Shown here: in pieces, positions 16,471 through 21,299 of the stretch
Numbering within the stretch: the stretch's first letter is position 1
Layout: the number at the start of each line of letters is the position of its first letter
Sequence record: OX422066.1
Origin: Enterococcus phage Planchet
Strand: one strand, 5' to 3'
Length of the DNA stretch: 24,000 nt
Made by a program: the position numbers and the translations under genes
Notes under the pieces: model-generated
Told to the model about the DNA's origin: nothing
The model's database searches: none
The model's input: only the letters and a program-made list of their open reading frames with translations

Positions 16471-17023
16471 TTCTTACCTCCACCTTGTTCTTATCCGTCA
16501 AATATACCTTTTCAGTGACTCGACCCTCATCAAGCTTACGAAGGAGTGCATCAAATGATCGTTTAGGGATCATGTTCGTATACTTGGTTATAAATCTATC
16601 ACGATCTTTCTTATTATGAAAGATTCCTTTTTGATCAGAAACTGAAACAGTTACCTCAATACGAGGATCGAATTTGTCAATTATTACTAAACCTGTTTGA
16701 GGTTTAGCCATATCATCGTCACCCCATACTCCTGCAGCAGTAAAAGCATCATATGGTACCTTAAGATAATTAGAAGGATCCATTCGTTTACGAGGAAAAA
16801 AGTAATCAATTTTAACATCAACGAATGTTCCAGGTTCAGGCTGCTTCCAATTTTCTTCTTTTATTCTTTTCTTAATGATTGGAATGATATGAGCCTTATA
16901 TTCTTTTGACTCAACTGTTTCTGCCAATCTTCCTATCATTCTTCCGCCCATTCTTATCATTTTAGGGTAAAGATATCCATTTACAGAAGGAGGGATTGGC
17001 AGAACAATTTTCATTTGTTTCAC
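16439..17023 (-). CDS. rusA: RusA-family crossover junction endodeoxyribonuclease
   Basis: LPIPPSVNGYL start, FPRKRMDPSNYLKVPYDAFTAAGVWGDDDMA pattern, IEVTVSV end. Confidence 0.85.
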   Translation of the reverse strand: MKQMKIVLPIPPSVNGYLYPKMIRMGGRMIGRLAETVESKEYKAHIIPIIKKRIKEENWKQPEPGTFVDVKIDYFFPRKRMDPSNYLKVPYDAFTAAGVWGDDDMAKPQTGLVIIDKFDPRIEVTVSVSDQKGIFHNKKDRDRFITKYTNMIPKRSFDALLRKLDEGRVTEKVYLTDKNKVEVRNEFLKGIKNK

Positions 17024-17623
17024 TTAGTCGCGAAATTTCCTATAATAATTTTCGACGTATTCAATGTAAGAAGCGATTCTTTCAGCATTTACTTCTATTG
17101 AATCATCGGCATTCAATACGAGGTCAGCGTATTGGAAAATATTATCAAATGCTTCATCATCCGCTAAGATACGACGCATTTTTTCTTCAGTGAATTTTTC
17201 ATTACGTAATTGTGAACGTTCTAACTGTTTTTCTCGAGAAACATCAAGATAAATTGCGTATACGTTCCTTTTACCAAAGTAATCTTGCAAGTCAATAATT
17301 CCTTTGATTTCAGTGACAACTAAAGTTCTTCCTTTATTTTTAAGAAGATTTGCATCTAGTCCATAAGACCAAATTGAGCTGCCTGTTTCTTCAGCAGGTT
17401 GGTAAAAATTAGGAGCAACGATTAAATCTTTTTTCATCAATGAATTAAAATTTTCATCACTAATGAAGAAATAGTCAACCCCATTTATTTCACCTGGACG
17501 AGGAGGTCTCGTCGTCGTCGTAATGAAACGCTTAATACCTTTTTTCTCTTCAAGATATTTTAGTAAAGTTGTCTTGCCAGAAAGTGTTTTTCCAGCAAGA
17601 ACAAAGCAAATATTATCTTTCAT
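17024..17623 (-). CDS. gmk: Guanylate kinase-like nucleoside monophosphate kinase
   Basis: P-loop AGKTLSGKTTLL, RFITTTTRPPRPGEINGVDYFFISDENF, AIYLDVSREKQLERSQLR. Confidence 0.85.
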   Translation of the reverse strand: MKDNICFVLAGKTLSGKTTLLKYLEEKKGIKRFITTTTRPPRPGEINGVDYFFISDENFNSLMKKDLIVAPNFYQPAEETGSSIWSYGLDANLLKNKGRTLVVTEIKGIIDLQDYFGKRNVYAIYLDVSREKQLERSQLRNEKFTEEKMRRILADDEAFDNIFQYADLVLNADDSIEVNAERIASYIEYVENYYRKFRD

Positions 17624-17912
17624 AATTATTTAACCCCATTTGAATTGTTGTAAGAATTGAAGTAGAATTATTTCCTTCAGCCCTAAATAATTCATTATTT
17701 TTTACATCAAGAACGATAGCAGTAATGCGCTTCAATTCACGAGAGATTCCATAAGCTTCACGCATTACTTCATCTTCAGTGATATCCATTACATTAGGAA
17801 CGAGCTCAATGTCTTTGACTTTTATATTAGAAATTTGATCAGCGATAACTAATACTAAATCTTTCTTGATTAATTCTTTATTATAGAAAATATGAACAAC
17901 AAATTTTTCCAA
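17613..17912 (-). CDS. Hypothetical protein (99 aa)
   Basis: Packed between the gmk-like and dUTPase genes. Confidence 0.6.
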   Translation of the reverse strand: MEKFVVHIFYNKELIKKDLVLVIADQISNIKVKDIELVPNVMDITEDEVMREAYGISRELKRITAIVLDVKNNELFRAEGNNSTSILTTIQMGLNNYER

Positions 17913-18656
17913 TTAAAGCACCTCTTTTTCAAACATTTCTCTAGGAATAGTGTCGTCAACACCTGTTGAACCAAAACCACCGCTTCTTGTATCTTCACGC
18001 GTTTCTTCAACTGTCTCAACTGTTAAGAATTTTTGGAAGATACCTTGCCCAATACGTTCACCTTTCTTGATCTTTACAGGAAAGAATCCTAAATTAATAA
18101 ATTGGAACATAATGTGACCTTCGTTATCTTTATTATCATAATAATCACTATCGATAACTCCAACCCCATTTGCCAATACAAGCATTCGTTTTAATGGATT
18201 TGAAGAACGATTATATAATCCTAAAAATTCATCTTTATGCATGCAAGCTTTAATTCCTGTAGGAACTAACGTAGGTTTTAATTTTTTACGGAAATCTTCA
18301 ACAGCTTCTAAGCATGAAGTTTCATCATCATCAAGAATGTCGTCAACTAACGATAAAAGCTCTTCAACATATGCAGCAGGAAGCTGTTCATATTCAGATA
18401 GATGTCTAGATATTTCATCAGTTTCTTCCTCATATCTCATCAGCCTTTCGTATGTTCGTTCATCCATTGGATGATTATTTGATTGATCGATTCTATCTTC
18501 AATATGTGTCATCAACTGACGAACACCTACGAAGAATGAAGGAATTTCAATATCTTCTGCAGCCTCAAAATCATAACCTGCTGAATGAGGAGTTGCTCGC
18601 ATTGGTAAATTAATTTCTTTATCTTTATAGGCACTTACTACTTCAAATTTTCTCAT
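17913..18656 (-). CDS. dut: dUTPase with a large insertion between motifs I and II
   Basis: Motifs SAGYDF, NRSSNP, ANGVGVIDSDYY, KGERIGQGIF, RSGGFGSTG. The start is refined to ATG 18656 because the upstream in-frame ATG (18674) sits on GGGAGG; TAATG overlap with the preceding gene. Confidence 0.9.
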   Translation of the reverse strand: MRKFEVVSAYKDKEINLPMRATPHSAGYDFEAAEDIEIPSFFVGVRQLMTHIEDRIDQSNNHPMDERTYERLMRYEEETDEISRHLSEYEQLPAAYVEELLSLVDDILDDDETSCLEAVEDFRKKLKPTLVPTGIKACMHKDEFLGLYNRSSNPLKRMLVLANGVGVIDSDYYDNKDNEGHIMFQFINLGFFPVKIKKGERIGQGIFQKFLTVETVEETREDTRSGGFGSTGVDDTIPREMFEKEVL

Positions 18657-18874
18657 TAAATTCCTACCTCCCATTTATTTGAAAACATTTCAACTTGTGT
18701 CGGAATCCAAGGTACATTGCCGAAACGTGATTCCACATATAAGTAAGGGTGACTCATTTTGCTATATTCATCAGGAAATTGAGCACGAATTTTTACGTCC
18801 TCTTTCCATTGAGGTAAACGCATAAACGTTCCTTCTCGTTGACTGACGGTATCAAAAGCTTGGCTAAAATTCAT
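18656..18874 (-). CDS. tad2: DUF2829 / Tad2-like protein (putative anti-Thoeris)
   Basis: MNFSQAFDTVSQREGTFMRLPQWKEDVKI...MSHPYLYVESRFGNVPWIPTQVEMFSNKWEVGI: N-terminal F-x-x-A...R-x-x-W and C-terminal vPW-x-x-(S/T)Q-x-(D/E)-M-x-x-x-x-WE pattern. Start refined to ATG 18874 (AAGGAGA). Confidence 0.75.
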   Translation of the reverse strand: MNFSQAFDTVSQREGTFMRLPQWKEDVKIRAQFPDEYSKMSHPYLYVESRFGNVPWIPTQVEMFSNKWEVGI

Positions 18875-18918
18875 CAAATCTCTCCTTCTTAAATCTTTTT
18901 ATATTATATCAAAACGAA

Positions 18919-19206
18919 TTACTTTCGTAAACTCGTTTCGTTATAAAATTTGTCGTAAAGGTTTACAGCTTCCACATAAATCATTATTTCTCTAGTTGTG
19001 GCCTCACGAACTTTTCCTTCGTCAAATAAGGAGATCACAACATCGTTTGAATGATTAAAGACAACGACGCTTTCATTATTAATTTCGTTATCAATTCTAA
19101 TAGCATGTGCTGCGCTATAAGTATCATTATCGTAAGCAAAAGCAACCTCAAATAAGATTTGTGAAGTACCTACTTTACCTACATAAACTTCGCCTTTATT
19201 TAACAT
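18919..19206 (-). CDS. Hypothetical protein (95 aa)
   Basis: GGAGGAAAT RBS before TTG/ATG. Confidence 0.6.
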   Translation of the reverse strand: MLNKGEVYVGKVGTSQILFEVAFAYDNDTYSAAHAIRIDNEINNESVVVFNHSNDVVISLFDEGKVREATTREIMIYVEAVNLYDKFYNETSLRK

Positions 19207-19768
19207 CAAAATTTCCTCCTAAAAGATTAAATAATTCATCTTCATTAAATTCATCCATAATTTCTTTTATATTAGGATTATAATTGGCGAAATGTTTTAC
19301 TTTATCTAAAGTAATAGTTTTTTCAATTTCGCGTTTCAATGATTCAATTTTGATCAATTTTTCTTTTGTGATTTGAAGACGTCGATGATAATCACTAATT
19401 GATTGTTGAATATTAGTAATAACAGGTCGTACCGTCAAACCTTTTTCTTTTGTTTTTTCCATTGAATAAAGCGCTTTGTTGAAAAGGCGTTCATCATTAA
19501 GCATATCAGTGTAAGTAGCAATTACTTTAACTACCTCATAATTATCATGTTTAATAGCAGGAACTAACACAAGATCACCAGGTGCTAAGTGGGGTAAACC
19601 AAAAGCATCATATGCATATAGGTATAAATTGTCTTTATTAAATTTTTTTGTCGTATTATCTTTAAATGCTACTAAGATAGGTTCCCCTACAACACCTCGA
19701 TTAATTTCTTCGTAGGCTTTTCTAAGAATAAAAGTTCTTTCAATTCCTAGAGCTTCGTTTTCAATCAT
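19196..19768 (-). CDS. Hypothetical protein with beta-rich N-terminus and coiled coil (190 aa)
   Basis: First gene downstream of promoter 19807-19834, good RBS. Confidence 0.65.
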   Translation of the reverse strand: MIENEALGIERTFILRKAYEEINRGVVGEPILVAFKDNTTKKFNKDNLYLYAYDAFGLPHLAPGDLVLVPAIKHDNYEVVKVIATYTDMLNDERLFNKALYSMEKTKEKGLTVRPVITNIQQSISDYHRRLQITKEKLIKIESLKREIEKTITLDKVKHFANYNPNIKEIMDEFNEDELFNLLGGNFDVK

Positions 19769-19806
19769 AAAACTACCTCTTTCGTTTATTTATTTATTAC
19801 TTATAT

Positions 19807-19834
19807 ATTATATCATCGTATAAAAATATGTAAA
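19807..19834 (-). promoter_or_regulatory. Promoter TTTACA-N16-TATAAT (minus strand)
   Basis: ATTATA 19807-19812, TGTAAA 19829-19834; TGA before -10. Confidence 0.78.
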
Positions 19835-19880
19835 CATTGATCGAAATAAAATCAAAATTTTATTCTAAAAATATGCATAT

Positions 19881-19919
19881 TTTCGTCATATTTTGTGATA
19901 ATTTCGTCATATTTCGTCA
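19881..19919. repeat. Four helically phased direct repeats TTTCGTCA/TTTTGTGA
   Basis: TTTCGTCA 19881, TTTTGTGA 19891, TTTCGTCA 19902, TTTCGTCA 19912; periods 10, 11, 10. Confidence 0.7.
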
Positions 19920-19927
19920 ATTTACTA

Positions 19928-19956
19928 TATACATCTGCTTCATTACGGGTTATAAT
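19928..19956 (+). promoter_or_regulatory. Rightward promoter TATACA-N17-TATAAT
   Basis: TATACA 19928-19933, TATAAT 19951-19956, upstream of the lone rightward gene. Confidence 0.6.
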
Positions 19957-20007
19957 ATAATTATAGTTAAACAATAACTATAACAAAAATTTTAGGAGTG
20001 AATTATA

Positions 20008-20421
20008 ATGAAAAACACAAAATATCAAGAATTATTAAAGAAAACTAAGGAAGAACAAGAATTGCTTATGGAGATTCCTCATTATAATGAAAATCTTTAT
20101 CAACAATATGAATCAATGATTGATGAACTTGAAGATTTTGCTTCAAGAGAAATTGAACTTTTCCAAGAGCTTTACGTCAACGAAAATGAATTCATCGATA
20201 CTATGGAAAATCATTTTAGAGATCAACTTGGTGAAACGAATTTAAGTCAAAGAATTAAAGAAGAAATGATTTCTTCTTATGTGAAAAGAATTAGTGAATA
20301 TTATAAGGTGTTCGATCGCATTCAACATGAAGAAATTTATAAAATGATCAATGATCCTGAAATTGAAGATTTCTACCCACTTGATCGCTTTTTTGAATCA
20401 ACGGACTTCCATAAAAAATAA
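20008..20421 (+). CDS. Hypothetical acidic helical protein (137 aa); only rightward gene in the early region
   Basis: RBS TTAGGAGTG, own promoter and terminator. Confidence 0.75.
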   Translation: MKNTKYQELLKKTKEEQELLMEIPHYNENLYQQYESMIDELEDFASREIELFQELYVNENEFIDTMENHFRDQLGETNLSQRIKEEMISSYVKRISEYYKVFDRIQHEEIYKMINDPEIEDFYPLDRFFESTDFHKK

Positions 20422-20424
20422 ATT

Positions 20425-20454
20425 AAAATAGAGGAGAAATCCTCTATTTTTTTT
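20425..20454 (+). terminator. Intrinsic terminator, likely bidirectional
   Basis: AAAATAGAGG-agaaat-CCTCTATTTT-TTTT. Confidence 0.92.
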
Positions 20455-20589
20455 ACCTATTTCGTTCTATCTCGTTCGGTAAGGGACTACATAAAATATG
20501 TACAACCTTGGCAATACATCAGCGAAGCTGATGTCCTTCGGAACTTCTAGCGAAGTCCCTCAGACAAATATGTATATCTATTTATCTAC
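20425..20589 (-). ncRNA. Candidate independent structured noncoding RNA (~165 nt, unknown family)
   Basis: Own promoter (20596-20624), no ORF. Outer helix AGGGACT (20560-20554)/AGTCCCT (20488-20482), inner hairpins ACATCAGC-TTC-GCTGATGT, TACATA-TTT-TATGTA and ACTTC-gcta-GAAGT; helix TTACC/GGTAA; terminator at the end. Confidence 0.7.
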
Positions 20590-20595
20590 TATAGT

Positions 20596-20624
20596 ATTAT
20601 ATCATAGGAAAATGTATGTGTAAA
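20596..20624 (-). promoter_or_regulatory. Promoter TTTACA-N17-TATAAT (minus strand) driving ncRNA
   Basis: ATTATA 20596-20601, TGTAAA 20619-20624; TGA before -10. Confidence 0.88.
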
Positions 20625-20667
20625 CATAAGAATACATATTTTAACTAATTTTATCAAATTAATATGT

Positions 20668-20696
20668 AAAAAATATGGGGTAAAATCCCCATATTT
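20668..20696 (-). terminator. Intrinsic terminator overlapping stop codon of 20973..20695
   Basis: AAATATGGGG-taaaat-CCCCATATTT; U-tract on minus strand. Confidence 0.9.
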
Positions 20697-20973
20697 ATTT
20701 CGCTTTTTCTAAAATTTCCATTACATCAAAATATGATCGTGCATCAGTGATTTGCATTTCAGCCGCAATGCGATTCCAAGCATCTTCAAGAGCTTCAGGT
20801 GTAAATACATCTTCATCTAATTCATTGATTTGTTCGTCAGTCAGTTTATGAGTATTTTGTGCAAGCTGCAAAGCTGAGTCACGCGAACCAAAAATATATC
20901 CTAAAATAAAGATTTCGCTTTTCTTTAACTTATTTTCCAATTTCATAAACATAAATGCATTTTTCATACTCAT
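20695..20973 (-). CDS. Hypothetical protein (92 aa)
   Basis: GGGAGG RBS; ATGA-type overlap with the upstream gene. Confidence 0.65.
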   Translation of the reverse strand: MSMKNAFMFMKLENKLKKSEIFILGYIFGSRDSALQLAQNTHKLTDEQINELDEDVFTPEALEDAWNRIAAEMQITDARSYFDVMEILEKAK

Positions 20974-21233
20974 ACTAAATTTTCCTCCCAGAATTTTTCT
21001 TTCATATAATTAAGTTGTCTCGTTGCATCTTGAAGATCTTTTTCATTATATTTTTGCTTAATTTTAATTGTGTGTAATTTATTTTGTAGTACACCAATTT
21101 TCGCCTCAATGTCGACCTCTTGATTGGCTAAATTTTCTTTGCGCTCGATTTGCGTATTTACTTGAGCTTGTGCCTCTGAAATATGACTAAGCAATTCTTT
21201 GTTGCGTTCAGCTTTTTCTTCAGTTGGTTTCAT
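20970..21233 (-). CDS. Coiled-coil hypothetical protein (87 aa)
   Basis: TTGGAGGAATGTT RBS; helical heptads. Confidence 0.65.
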   Translation of the reverse strand: MKPTEEKAERNKELLSHISEAQAQVNTQIERKENLANQEVDIEAKIGVLQNKLHTIKIKQKYNEKDLQDATRQLNYMKEKFWEENLV

Positions 21234-21263
21234 AACATTCCTCCAATTTTTATTTACGATAAT

Positions 21264-21292
21264 ATTATATCAAGAAGAAAAGACTGTGTAAA
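21264..21292 (-). promoter_or_regulatory. Promoter TTTACA-N17-TATAAT embedded in the dnaE-end terminator hairpin
   Basis: ATTATA 21264-21269, TGTAAA 21287-21292; minus-strand hairpin GGCTGTG-TTTA-CACAGTC-TTTT at 21299-21278. Confidence 0.88.
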
Positions 21293-21299
21293 CACAGCC

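Noticed and set aside
16697-18474. Plus-strand ORFs 16697-16909, 16996-17193 and 18241-18474
   Set aside because: Antisense to rusA, gmk-like and dUTPase genes.
20520-20550. Hammerhead-like CTGATG...GAAC string
   Set aside because: Reads CUGAUGU..GAAC, lacking the invariant CUGANGA and GAAA core and the three-way stem arrangement.
20482-20560. tRNA interpretation of the 79-nt segment with 7-bp outer stem
   Set aside because: Length and outer helix are tRNA-like, but there is no D-arm, 7-nt anticodon loop, TTCRA T-loop or CCA-compatible geometry on either strand.
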